A stretch of DNA of 62,012 bases, the filler included, from Chiloscyllium plagiosum (Eukaryota), in NCBI RefSeq assembly GCF_004010195.1. It is 3 parts of one record of this genome, joined end to end, with 100 filler letters (N's around TTAATTAATTAA, not from the genome) between each part and the next. Parts side by side here need not be neighbours in the genome. Positions count along the whole stretch, not along the records: positions 1 to 22,877 come from NC_057713.1; 2 more parts are not named here. One strand, given 5' to 3'. Position 1 is the first letter of the stretch. The number at the start of each line of letters is the position of its first letter. The notes beneath the pieces were generated by a model. It had not been told where the DNA came from, made no database searches, and saw nothing but the letters and a program-made list of their open reading frames with translations. Positions 1-12,709 of this stretch are shown one piece after another. A program made the position numbers and the translations under genes.

Positions 1-1075
1 GCACCAATCCAAGCCCCAAGTTCATCTGCCTTACACACTATACTCCTTGCATTTAAGTAGATGCATTTCAGGCCACCAGTTCTTTTGCACTCATCTGCTC
101 TCTGCCTACTCTTCCTTTTACTTGTGCAATTTTCATAATTCTTACAGTCTCCAGTCTCCATCTCACTGCCTACTTGTTTTCTCTTCTGGTTCCCAGTCCC
201 CTGACACATTAGTTTAAAACCTCCCCAACAGCAGTAGCAAAAACTCCCCCAAGGACATTGGTTCCAGTCTGGTTCAGACGTAGATCATCTCTTTTATAAT
301 AGTCCCACCTTCCCCAGAACCGGTCCCAATGTCCAACAAATCTGAACCCCTCCCTCCTACACCATCTGACTATTTTTCATTTCTACACTGGCTCCCACGT
401 GGCATTGGTAGTAATCCCGAGATCACTAACTTTGAGGTCCTCCACTTTAACTTCTCTCCAAGCTCCCGAATTCTTCTTTCAGGACCTCATCTCGCTTTCT
501 ACTTATATCGTTGGTGCCTATATGCACCAAGACAACTGGATGTTCACCCTCCCCTTTTAGAATGCTCTGCAGCTGATCAGTGACATCCCTGACCCGAGCA
601 CCTGGGAGGCAACATACCATCCAGGTGTCCCATTTTCGGCCACAGAACCGCCTATCTACTCCCCTCACAATAGAATCCCTTATGACTATGGACCTACAAG
701 TCTTTTTCCCGCCCTTCTGAACAGCAGTGCCCGCCATGGTGCCATGATCTTGACAACTATCCGCAGTGAGTCTATCCGCAGCTCCAGAGCAGTCATGTGG
801 TCAAACAACAGCTGCAGCTGGACACACTTCTTGCAAGTGAAAGAGTCAGGAACATCAGACACGTTCCTAAGCTCCCACATCAAGCAAGAATCACATGCCA
901 AGAGTCTGAGGTCCCCTGCCATGTAAGCTTAGCTTTATATGAACTAACTAAAACTAAACAATGCACTTAAATAAATGAAAAAGATAGATAAGAAATAAAA
1001 GCCTTATCGTACGGGGTCCATTTCTTCCAGTTGGGGGGGGGGGGGGGGTTGGGGAGAGGTAGATACTACATGTGT

Positions 1076-1522
1076 TTAGATTAGATTACTTAGTGTGGAA
1101 ACAGGCCCTTCGGCCCAACAAGTCCATACCAACCCTCCAAAGAGCAACCCACCCAGACCCATTCCCCTACATTTACCTCTTCAGCTAACACTATGGTCAA
1201 TTTAGCATGGCACATGCCCTTCCTGAAGAAGGGCATGTGCCCGAAACGTCGAATCTTCTGTTCCCTAGATGCTCTCCAAAGAGCAACCCACCCAGACCCA
1301 TTCCCCTACATTTACCTCTTCAGCTAACACTATGGTCAATTTAGCATGGCCAATTCACCTAACCTGCACATCTTTGGACCGTGGGAGGATACCGGAGCAC
1401 CTGGAGGAAACCCACGCAGACACAGGGAGAATGTGCACAGACAGTTGCCCGAGGCGGGAATTGAACCCGGGTCTCTGGCGCTGCGAGGCAGCAGTGCTAA
1501 CCACTGTGCCACCGTGCCACCC
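1076..1522 (-). mobile_element. HE1-type V-SINE, interrupted by a pLTR fragment and a 77-bp duplication
   Basis: tRNA-like head (A box TGGCACAGTGG, B box GGTTCAATTCC), V-domain, CR1-like tail ending in (AATCT)n. Confidence 0.85.
1223..1250 (+). ncRNA. Hammerhead core motif (family A) in a 62-bp pLTR fragment
   Basis: CUGAAGA-A-GGGC-AUGU-GCCC-GAAA-CG-UC, with palindromic ACGU helix III. Confidence 0.65.
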
Positions 1523-3089
1523 ACCGTTTAGCCACTGCCCAAATATAAATTAATACCTTACCTTCCCAGCAGCCCTCGCTTCACTCCTCCTTCTCTCCTC
1601 GCCCCTCTGGCAAAATGGAGTCTAACTTGAGCAAAGGGTGTATTGAACAGCTAGAAAAGGTCACAGCACTTTGAGGTTTGAAGAGGACAACAGATGGAAA
1701 ACAGTACATTCCACTCTTCAAGACCCTGCTGATAGTGAGAATTAGTCTTAGTGAGTCTTGGATGTGTTATTTCTCCATGATCATGAATTCACTCAGGCAA
1801 AGAGCACCCACTACCTAAGGGACAACATGCCAATAAGGGTCAGTCCCTTCAGGGGAAGAGGACAGAAAGCTGGATTAATAATTCTGTAAAAAAAGTTTAA
1901 AAATTCTGAAAGCAACCTCACTGAATAAAAACACAAATGAGGCTTATCCATTATTTCTTAATCTTCTACTTCCAATCCTACGAATATGTGACATTTGATG
2001 ATTTTCTTTTTTGCTTGTTGCAGATTAACACTGAAACCATGACAACAGAGCTTTCAAGACCAGTACACTGATTCATCCTACAAATAAAAAACATACAATC
2101 ATGGAGTAATCCATCAATGCACATTTCAATCAACAGTGCTGCAAAACCCTCCATACTCAAGAGTACAATTTTATAGTCTTGAAATCTTCACAATCCATCA
2201 TAAGGGGGGGTCATACCTCAGAGCCTCAAAGCAGTTTATATAGGAAGAATTACTTTTGAAATTAAAGTTCTGCACTGCAGCAGGCAAAAATAAAGCCATA
2301 TCCCAAACAGCAGTGAGATGAAAAACAGTTGACACAAAACATCTTAATTCTCCACTTTACTCTCACACAAACTTCTCCAGTTTCAACCTCCTGTAATGTT
2401 CTAATTCAACTAAACACAAGTTCAAGGAAGAGCACCTTGTCATTGAAGGAAGTGCTTTGCAGCCTTCAGTATCCAACATAGAATTGGATAATTTCAGATT
2501 ATAACCTTTGTGTACCATTCTATTTATTTTGTTTTGGTTTGAGCAATTATTTGTTTCTTTTAGCAGCAGCTGTTCATCATTCTGCCATTCACACCTCCCT
2601 TAGACATATCATTTATTTCTCTAGTTGTTCCATTCCAACTGAAGAAGTCATATCAAACTCAAATCTGTTTTGCACTTTATCACAGAATGTGGCTTTTATT
2701 CCACTTCCAAGACCACTCATGCACTATATTTTCACTGCTTAAACTTGCTACATTGAAAACTTTACCCAGTTCTGATAAAAGGTCACACCCGAAACATTTA
2801 ATTCTGTTCTCTCCAATGATGTTTTCTGACCGGTTAACTATTTCTAGCATTTTCTGTTTGAATTCTATGGCTGAAGTGCTAAGTTGTTATCGGTAGTTCT
2901 GATTATCCCGGAGAAGTTCCATTATTGAGGAATGGGGGAACATTGTCTCTAGTCCACAAGAATTACTTGAGCAAGTACACAGGATCACAGCCTAATGACT
3001 GAACTGAAGAACAAGAATACAGGAACAGGAGTTAGCCATTCAACCCATTAAGCCTGCCTCACCATCAACATGATCACTGGTCATTATCA

Positions 3090-6000
3090 GGACACAGGAT
3101 AAGTGCAGCTGGGTTACTGTCAGGGGGGAGGAAAGGGAACCGACAGTCAGAGCAGGGATCCCCGGTGGCTGTTCCCCTCAGCAATAAGTATACCGTTTTG
3201 GGAAAGCCATAGTTGTCAGGTCTCTGGCACTGTGGCTCAGAAGGGAAGGGAGGAAAATAGAAAAGCGCTTGTGGTAGGGGACTCTATAATTAGACGAATT
3301 GACAGGAAAGTTTGTGGTCAGGAATGAGACTCACAGAAGTTATGTTGCCTCCCCGGTGCCAGGGTCCGGGATGTCGCCGATCAAGTTTACACGATTCTGA
3401 AGGGGGAGGGTGAGCAGCCAAAAATCGTGGTACATATTGGCATCAATGATATAGCCAGGAAAGGGACTGAGGATCTGAAAAGTGACTACAGAGAGTTAGG
3501 TTGGAAGCTGAAGAGCAGGACGAGTACAGTAGTGATCTCAGGTTTGCTCCTGGTGCCACGAGATAGTGAGATGAGGAACAGTCAGGAAATGTAGCTTAAT
3601 ATGTGGCTGCAAGGCTGGTGCAGGAGAGAGGGCTTCAGATACCTAGACCATTGGGATACCTTCTGGGGAAGGTGGGACCTGTACACGAAGGATGGGTTAC
3701 ACCTGAACTGGAGGGGCACAAATGTCCTGGATGGGAGATCTGTTCGTGGGATTCGGGAGGGTTTAAACTAGTTTGGAAAGGGGGGTGGGAATCAGAGCCA
3801 CATGTCTGAGAGGGGGTCAGTTGTAGATGGGGCAGTGACAGGATGTACTGAATCTATCATGAAGGTTTCTCACGCGATGAAACAAAGGGATTGGTTAAAG
3901 TGTGTCTGCTTTAATGCAAGGAGTGTCCGAAATAAGAGTGACGAACTTCGAGCATGGATCAGTACTTGGGGCTACGATGTTGTAGCCATAACGGAGACGT
4001 GGGTTTCACAGGGGCAGGAGTGGTTGCTTGACGTTCCAGGATTTAGAACATTTAAAAGGAACAGGGAGGGTGGAAAAAGAGGAGGGGGTGCAACATTGCT
4101 AATCAGAGAGTGCATCACGCGACAGAAACGAAGGTTGTTGAGGAAGGTTTGTCGACTGAGTCAGTATGGGTGGAAGTTAGGAATAGCAAGGAAACATCCA
4201 CCGCATTGGGGGTTTTCTACAGGCCACCTAATAGCAGTAGGGGATTGAGGATCTCATAGGCCGGTAGATTTTGGAAAAATGCAGATGTAGCAGGGTTGTT
4301 GTTATGGGTGATTTCAACTTTCCCAATATCGACTGGAACCTCCTTAGTGCAATGGTTTGGATGGAGCAGTTTTTGTCAGGTGTGTTCAGGAGGGTTTCCT
4401 TACTCAGTATGTAGACAGGCCGATGAGGGGAGAGGCCATTTTGGATTTGGTGCTCTGCAATGAGCCAGGACAAGTGTCAGATCTCGCAGTGGGAGAGCAC
4501 TTTGGTGAAAGTGATCACAACTACCTCACATTTAGCATAGCCTTGGAGAGTGAAAGGAGCAGTTACCGAGGGAAGATATTTAATTGGGGAAAAGGAAATT
4601 ATGACGTTATCAGATAGGAGTTGGGAAGTACAGACTGGGAGCAATTATTCCACAGAAAGGGCATAGCAGACATGTGGAGACTAGAAAGGCTTGACAGGTA
4701 GGAATAGGGTGAACCCAAAGACGTTTTACTCATACATGAGGAATATGAGAATTATCAGGGAGGAGGTAGAGCCGATCAGGGATAGTGGAGGGAACTTGTG
4801 TGTGGAGTCTGAGCAGATAGGGGAAGCCCTAAATGAGTTTTTTGCTTCGGTTTTCACCAAGGAGAGGGAATTGTTGTAAATGAAAACTTAGAGGAGCTGG
4901 AATACAGTCTTAACCAGATCAAGATTGATAAAGTTGATGTGCTAGAAATTTTGGAAAACATTAAGACTGATAAATCTCCAGGGCCAGACCAGATTTATCC
5001 TAGGCTGCACCGGGAAGCGAGAAAGGAGGTTGCGAAGCCGCTGGAGAGGATATTTGCCTCCTCACTCTCCACAAGAGTCCTACCGGAGGAATGGAAGGAG
5101 GCGAATGTTGTTCCGCTTTTCAAGAAGAGTAATAGGGAAATCCCTGGCAATTACAGACCAGTCAGTCTTACATCTGTGATCAGCAAAGTTCTGGAAAGAA
5201 TTCGGAGGGATAGGATCTATGACTATTTGGCAAAGCATTGTGTGATTAAAGGAAGTCAGCATGGCTTTGTGAGGGGCAGGTTATGTCTCACAAATCTGAT
5301 TGAGTTCTTTGAGGGGGTGTCAAGACAAGTTGATGACGGTCAAGCAGTAGATGTGGTGGATCCGGACTTCAGCAAGGCATTTGATAAGGTTCCCCATGGT
5401 AGGCTCATATATAAAGTCAGGAAGTATGGGATAGAGGAAGAAGTGGCTATCTGGATTCAGAATTGGCTGGCTGACAGAAGGCAGAGTGGTTGTAGATGGA
5501 AAGTATTCTGCCTTGAGGTCAGTGTTGAGTGGGGTCCCGCATGGCTCTGTTCTTGGGCATCTGCTTTTTGTAGTTTTTATAAATGACTTGGATGAGGAGG
5601 TTGAGAGGTGGGTTAGTAAATTTGCAGATGACACTGAGGTTGGAGGTGTCATCGATAGTATAGAGGGCTACTGCAGGCTGCAGTGCGACACAGACAGGAT
5701 GCAGAGCTGTGCTGAGAAATGGCAGATGGAGTTCAACCTGGATAAATGCGAAGTGATGCATTTTGGAAGGTCAAACACAAAGGCTGAATATAGGATTAAA
5801 TACAGGATTCTTGGCAGTGTGGAGGAACAGAGAGATCTGGGTGTGCAAGTACACAGATCCCTCAAAGTTGTCATCCAAGTGGAGAGGGTTGTTAAGAAAG
5901 CATATGGTGTTTTGGCTTTCATTAACAGGGGGATCGTGTTTAACAGCTGCAAGGTTTTGCTGCAGCTCTACAAGTCCCTGGAGAGACTACACTTGGAATA

Positions 6001-6446
6001 TTGTGTCCAATTCTGATCGCCCTACAATAGGAAAAATACAGAGGCTTTGCAGAGGGTGCAAAGAAGGTTTACCAGAGAAGGAGGAAGAGAGGAGACCTGA
6101 TCGAGGTGTACAAAATAATGAGAGGAATAGATAGAGTCAATGGCCAGAGACTTTTCGCCAGGGCAGGATTGACTGGTACGAGGAATCATAGTTTGAAGAT
6201 ATTAAGAGGAAGGTATAAAGGAGACGTCAGAGGTAGGTCCTTTATGCAGAAAGTTGTGAATGCATGGAATACATTGCCAGCTGTGGTGGAAGCAGAGTCA
6301 CTGGGGACATTAATGGACATGCACATGGATAGCAGGGAGTCGAGGGGTGCGTAGATTAAGTTACTATATTTTACATTAGGATTAAACCTCGGTACAACAT
6401 CATGGGCCAAAGGGCCTGTTCTGTGCTGTACTTTTCTATGTTCTAT
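3090..6446 (+). mobile_element. CR1-clade LINE (esterase ORF1, APE endonuclease and RT ORF2), frameshifted and internally deleted
   Basis: VVGDSIIR, NARSVRNK...AITETW, GNYRPVSLTS, QHGF, DFSKAFDKVPH and FADDT motifs; (TTCTATG)n tail. Confidence 0.9.
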
Positions 6447-6659
6447 CAATAGAGCCTTTTTCACCACACTACATCCATACCCAGTTAGGATGGATAACAA
6501 ATGCTAGCTTTGCCAGCAATACCCACATCGGAAGAAAGAATTAAAATAAATCTGTTTCACCAAGCTTTTGATTCTAAAACTACATTGAGAAATTCAGTGT
6601 GAATACATGTTTGATCACACTCGATCTAGTACCTGCTACATCTTACTGCATTAAATGGT

Positions 6660-7590
6660 CATAGAGATGTACAGCACGGAAACAGGCTCTTCGGTCCAAC
6701 CCGTCGATGCCGACCAGATATCCCAACCCAATCAAGGCCCACCTGCCAGCACCCGGCCCATATTCCTTCAAACCCTTCCTACTCATATACCCATCCAGAT
6801 GCCTCTTGCAATTGTACCAGCCTCCACCACTTCCTCTGGCAACTCATTCCATACATGCACCACTCTCTGCATGAAAAGGTTGCCTTTTAGGTTTCTTGTA
6901 TATCTTTCCCCTCTCACCTTAAACCTATGCCCTCTGGTTCTGGACTCCCCCACCCAGGGAAAAGACCTTGTCTCTTTATCCTATCCATGCCCCTCATGAT
7001 TTTACAAACATCTATAAAGGTCACCCCTCAGCCTCTGACGCTCCAGGGAAAACAGCCCCAGCCTGTTCAACCTCTCCCTATAGCTCAGATCCTCCAACCC
7101 TGGCAACATCCTTGTAAATCTTTTCTAAACCCTTTCAAGTTTCACAACAGAATTGCAGACCAGATTTGCACGCAATATTCCAACAGTGGCCTAACCAATG
7201 TCCTGTACAGCCACAACATGACCTCCCAACTCCTATACTCAATACTCTGACCAATAAAGGAAAGCATACCAAATGCCTTCTTCACTATTCTATCAAAAGG
7301 TGCTAGGTAAATGCAAGCTGTTATGTTATGGAAAAAGAAATCACAGTTCAAATTTGTTCCACTTCAGCACAATAGCCTCGGTTCAGTCCTACCAGTGGAG
7401 GTGGTAGGGGCTGGAACTATAGCGTCATTTAAGATGTATCTAGACCGATAAATGAACGGGCAGGGAGCAGAGGGATACAGATCTTTGGAAAATAGGTGAC
7501 AGGTTTAGATAGTGGTTCTGGATCAGCGCAGGCTTGGCAGGCCAAAGTGCCTATTCCTATGCAGTAATGTTCTTTGTTCCTTGTTCTTTA
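6660..7590. mobile_element. Two CR1 3' fragments (6660-7293 minus, about 7390-7590 plus)
   Basis: LYRTLVRPLLEYCVQIWS peptide and CR1 3' UTR/tails. Confidence 0.75.
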
Positions 7591-7740
7591 AGATTTGTGC
7601 ATTATAATTGAATCAACCTAAAAAATGAGGTGCGCCTCATTTTGGTCAGGCAATCCTTTATGAATGAAAAAGATCCATGTTTCCAAAACTTTGTGAAGTT
7701 CACTTGAGACAGCCCTATCATCACTTCTAGACTCTGCAAG

Positions 7741-7896
7741 AGGAGAAATTTCGACATTTTGGGCAAAAGCCCTTCATCAGGACTCTTGCCCAAAAAGTTG
7801 ATTCTCCTGCTGCTCACATGCTGCCTGATCTGCTTTGCTTTAAAAACACCCCACTTTTTACTCTGATCTCCAGCATCTGCAGTTCTCACTTTCTCC
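7741..7896. mobile_element. Decayed fold-back pLTR mini-element (family A)
   Basis: Minus-strand CUGAUGA-A-GGGC-UUUU-GCCC-AAAAUGUC (GAAA mutated), followed by the plus-strand pLTR tail. Confidence 0.6.
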
Positions 7897-8853
7897 AAGA
7901 TAAGAAACTTACCAGTCTTTACCACTCTCTCTAATGTCGCAACATACCACATGATGAGCTGAATTCGTAGTACTCACTAGGAAATGGCACAAGGTGGATC
8001 CTTCCACTGAAGGCTGCAATATTACATGGAGTACCTCAGGCTGTACCACCCTTGTTATTACAGAATTGTTCCCCACTGCGATAGGCTGACAATCTTGCCA
8101 ATAACTTCTCACAGTGACCTTTTGAGTAAAAGCATCATTCATTCTGTCCAATAATGGGCCATGCAGACTTAGAGACCGTAAATTCAATCTCATGTCTGTG
8201 ATTATTTCAAAGAATCAAGACAAGAGATGGACAGCGCAATTGTCTTGGAGCCCCAGTCACACATACTCATGGATCCTTTCTGGAAAAGAGATGTGTGTAG
8301 CCATTAGATAAGAATAATGTCATATGCATTAGCAATATATTCCGAATCAGACTCACCATCATTGAAGATTCAGGCAAGAGTTCAAATTTGGGAATTGTGG
8401 TGAACGAAAGAGTGGGAAAAATGTGAGAGAGGAAGGAATTGCATGTAGGAAATTATGAATAGACAATTTCAGGAAGGGACAGAGAATGCAGATCTCTTGC
8501 ACCAGTCAAAAACAAGAGTTGAGGTTAAAATCTGTTCAGCCATGATCTTATTGAATTGTATCATAATGAGCAGACTCATACGGCTGAGTAGCCAAGTATG
8601 CTTGTTCATTCCTGGTCCACGAAAACTTCTCAACTAGGCAAGATACAGCTCTAACATGAATTAACACCTTCACTGCGAATAAGGGAGAGGTATGGGAGTG
8701 GAGTGTAGAGAACAATGTTCTGCACCATAAGAAAACAAATGCAAACCTAATTGAGTATTTATTAAATCTAATTAGGAAACATTTGGTTTGTTTTATGAAG
8801 AAACATGATCACTCTTGAGTGAGTCAGTCAAGTAAGGGTGCAGAACTAAATGT

Positions 8854-9172
8854 GGGGTGGCACAGTGGCTCAGTGGTTAGCACTGCTGCCTCACAGCACC
8901 AGGGTCCCAGGTTCAATTCCAGCTTCAGGTGACTGTCTGTGTGGAGTTTGCACATTTTCCCTGTCTCTGTGTGGGTTTCCTCTGGATGCTCCAGTTTCCT
9001 CCCACACAGTCCAAAGATGTGCCGGTCAGGTGAATTGGCCATGCTAAATTGCCCATAGTGTTAGCTGCATTAGTCAGAAGGAAGTGGGTCTGGGTAGGTT
9101 ACTCTTCAGAGGGACAGTGTGGACTGGTTGCGCCCGAAGAGCCTGTTTCCACACTGTAGGGAATCTAATCTA
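8854..9172 (+). mobile_element. HE1-type V-SINE
   Basis: A and B boxes, V-domain GTGTGGAGTTTGCAC...TCCAAAGATGTG, tail aatctaatct. Confidence 0.88.
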
Positions 9173-10784
9173 TGCTTTGTGGTACCGTTCTGCTAAGATT
9201 CTTCCTTACGATTTAATTACACAGCTTGGTAATGCCAAATGACAAATAATAAACAGTTTTGTTTTTTATCAGCTTAGAAACGTAATAGCTTCTCTCATCC
9301 TCATTCCACACTGTTGTCTTGGCTGTCCACAATTTGCTTCAAAACAGCACTAAGTGCTATATTGTTTCAGGACTGATTGAAGAAAGATCAAAGAAAACAA
9401 ATATTAATCAAGCCAGGCCCAGGTCTAATTCTGATAGTCACCAGACTCTCAACATTACTGTGCTTTCTCCCCAAAGATGTTGTCAGACCTCCTGATTTTC
9501 ACCAGCAATTTCTGTTTTTGTTCTGATCCAATCATTCCTTTGTATCTGCGAGGGCTCCATTCCTGAGAACCCCTGAAAATGATAAAATTCTCAAGCTTGT
9601 TTAAAAAAAAGTTTTAAATCGCATATAAGTGATTTTTGTTAATACGTATTTTTTGGTGCAGATAGGTGAATTCGCAAGTCATGATTTCGCCAGTACGAAT
9701 GGCTTATTATAAAAGGAAGGTGATTTGTATTCATAGAGGCTCTCCACAATACTATAAACATATGCAAAGATTACTTCAATTTTTCAGACACTGGATTTGA
9801 AAATGGGAAAAAGATACTGTTTTAAACCAAAGCGGTATGGAAGAAGGTGGTTTTTTAAAAAAATGAGTGACTGGAACATATTGTGTGCTATATCTACAAG
9901 GTGGATTTATTCAAGCAATGGTGAAGGATGCTGGGCACAATCCGTAGGTGTGCATCCAGGGTAGTTTTGTCCAATGACAGACTTTTGGTTGTTTTTTTTC
10001 AACCAGGACCAGTTGCGTGCATTCAACAGCACTCAGCATTATAACAATTTTTTGATTGTATCCACTTGCCCATGAACCATTCTTTGTTTGAACAATATAG
10101 CAGAAACATCCAATTTGTGAAGGTCAAAACATTCTGTGAACAGTGAAGTACAAGAAAATCCTAAGCAAGTAAATATTCTGTCAGCAAATTCCCTTCTTCG
10201 CTTCTCAGCAGCAGTTGGGGTGCTATAATTAGCTGCAACATTCCTCAAATTGGGAGTAACAGCCAGGGCTCCTTCTCCTGATAACATTAAACAATTCGTT
10301 TCTGAAAGTGTATGAATGTGGACATCAAGTACACGCAGCCACGGGCTGCTGTGGAACAATCCTTCATCTTTCCATCCCCAACAAATGAACATACTTGCCA
10401 ACATTTAAACTACTATTCAAATATTAAGAAAAGCCACTTGGATGAAGTCCCAGAAGCGCAACATTCTTGAATTTAGACAAGTGTAGATTACTGAAAACAT
10501 TCACTACAGATGTGTTGAAGTCAAATCGTGTTTAAGTTACTTAAGATTTTGACAAGGTAGGATCAATCAAAGAAATATTGTCGATCTGGAGTATGTGGGA
10601 AAATATATGCTATATAATGTGGATAAATATAAGGTTATCCACTTTGGAGGCAAAAAAAGGAACTAAGATTATTATCCGAATGGTGGCAGTTTAGAAAAAA
10701 GATGAAGTGCAACAAGACCTGGGTTGCTGAACAGTTGCTGAAGGTTGGAGTGTAGACACAGCAGGCAATGAAGCAAGCTCATGG

Positions 10785-11087
10785 AATCATAGAATCCCTA
10801 CAAGGTGTGAGCAGGCAATTCGGCCATCAAGTCCACACCGACCCTCCGAACAACATCCCACACAGAAATCACATCTCTTTAGCCCACGGCTAATCCACCT
10901 AGCCTGCACATCCCTGAATACTGTGGGCAATTTAGTATGGCCAATCCACCTAACCTGCACATCTTTGGATTGTGGGAGGAAACCCATGCAGACACTGGGA
11001 CAATATACAAACTCTATGCAGACAGTCAGGTGGGTCACCCAAAATGGTGAGCAAGCATTGCTAACCACTGAACCACCATGCCACCCC
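10785..11087 (-). mobile_element. Diverged V-SINE copy
   Basis: Reverse complement of the SINE head and V-domain (TCCAAAGATGTGCAGGTTAGGTGGATTGGCC). Confidence 0.7.
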
Positions 11088-11424
11088 ACTGACCTTCATA
11101 GCAAGAGGATTTTAGTATAGGAGTAGGAATGTCTTGCTGCAGTTGTACAGGGCCAAGGTGAGACCACATGTTGTGTGCAGTTATTTTTTTCTCCTAGTCT
11201 GAGGAAGGACATTGTTACTATTGAGGGAATCCAGCGAAGGTTCACCAAACTGATTCCTGGGGTGATAGGACTGATATACGAAGAAAGTCTGGATCGACTG
11301 GGCTTGCATTCATTGGAGTTTAGAAGAATGACGGAGGGTCTCACAAACCTGATGGGACTGGACAGGCTAGATGCAGGAAGAATGTTCCTGATGTTGGGAT
11401 GTCCAGAATTAGGGTCACAGCTTA

Positions 11425-11680
11425 AAAATGTGTTGCTGGAAAAGCGCAGCAGGTCAGGCAGCAAAGGAACAGGAGAATCGATGTTTCAGGCATAAGCCCT
11501 TCTTCATAAGCCCGAAACGTCGATTCTCCTGTTCCCTGGATGCTGCCTGACCTGCTGCGCTTTTCCAGCAACACATTTTCAAATCTGAGTTCATCCCTTG
11601 TGGTTGGAGGGTTCCTAGGCGGAAGATGAGGCGCTCTTCCTCTAGCCGTCGTGTTGCCATGGTCTGATGGAGGAGGCCAC
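11425..11680. mobile_element. Fold-back pLTR plus Penelope GIY-YIG C-terminal fragment, inserted in an old CR1
   Basis: Inverted arms of about 70 bp within 11425-11580. The adjacent minus-strand peptide RRLEEERLIFRLGTLQPQGMN is the typical PLE endonuclease C-terminus. Confidence 0.65.
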
Positions 11681-12319
11681 AGTCTAAGAATTCAGGACAG
11701 AGATGAGGATGATGCATAATTCTCTACCACAGAAAGCCATTAGGGCTAGTTTGTTAGATACATTCAAGAGGGAGCTGGACATGGCCATGCAGGGATCAAG
11801 GAGTAGGGATACTGAAATTGCATGATCAGCCATATTGAATGATGGTGAAGGTCCAAAGGGCTCAATGGCCTACTCCTGCATCTAGCTTCTATACTTCCAA
11901 AAGGCATGTGGCAATGTGCAACATTTGGGTTCATCAGCAAAGTTGAAGTTGGAAATGAAAGGAATAGTGGCAGCATGATTAAAATATTGACTGTCAGGAA
12001 ACAGAGTGGTGAACTTTTTTGGATTGGAGGAAGCTGTATAGTGGGATTCCCAGGGGCAGTTCCAGGACCACTGCTTGTTCTGACCTATGTTAGTGACCAA
12101 GACTTGGGCCATACATGCAAATTCAAAATTTGCAGAAGGCTGGTGCTTATACATAAATAAGCACAAGAAGAAAAATACTAGACAATGCAATTCTGTAGAA
12201 AGAATGAGGAAAAGCAATACAAAACAAATGACAATTCTAAAGAGGTTCAAAAACAGAAGGAGACAAATATGCAAGAAATATAAATATGGCAGGACAAGTT
12301 GGAAAAGTGATTAATATAG

Positions 12320-12705
12320 ACAAGCAGGAGGCTGGAAGAAGACAACAAGCCATGCAGCATCAGGAGGTGGAGAAGTCAACGTTTCAGGACTGGGGGTGAC
12401 TGTAAGGGGAGCTGAAGATAAAGGGGACGCGGAGTGGGGCAGGTCGTGAGGTGGGGACAGGTGAACACAGGGAGAGGGTACGATCTGGTTGGTTTGATGG
12501 AGGAATGAATTCATTTGGTAGCTGGAAGGAAAGATCGGTCATAGGAATGGAAGAGATGGGGAGGTGCTGGGAAGGAAGGTTATTTGAAATTGGAGAACTC
12601 AATGTTGAGTCCTCCGGGCTGTAGGCTGCCCAGATGGAAGATGAGGTGCTGCTCCACCAATTTGTTGTCCAATTCGTTGTGGCAATAGAGGAGGCGAAGA
12701 ATGGT
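12320..12705 (-). mobile_element. Penelope-like element 3' fragment
   Basis: KLVEQHLIFHLGSLQPGGLNIEFSNFK* followed by 3' sequence homologous to 17000-17250. Confidence 0.7.
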
Positions 12706-12709
12706 CATA

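Larger units (their letters stand above)
1..1620 (-). mobile_element. CR1-clade LINE 5' part (5' UTR and ORF1 with Cys-finger and SGNH-esterase domains), decayed
   Basis: CDSC...CKKC and DSIVRGVDRRFCG...CCLPGARVRDV...VHIGTNDI peptides; interrupted by the SINE. Confidence 0.75.

Noticed and set aside
9530..9710. Possible Tigger/pogo-like MITE remnant
   Set aside because: Only weak terminal similarity, and the ends could not be defined.
10039..10404. 121-aa minus-strand ORF in non-repetitive sequence
   Set aside because: No recognisable homology and no convincing splice context; left unassigned.
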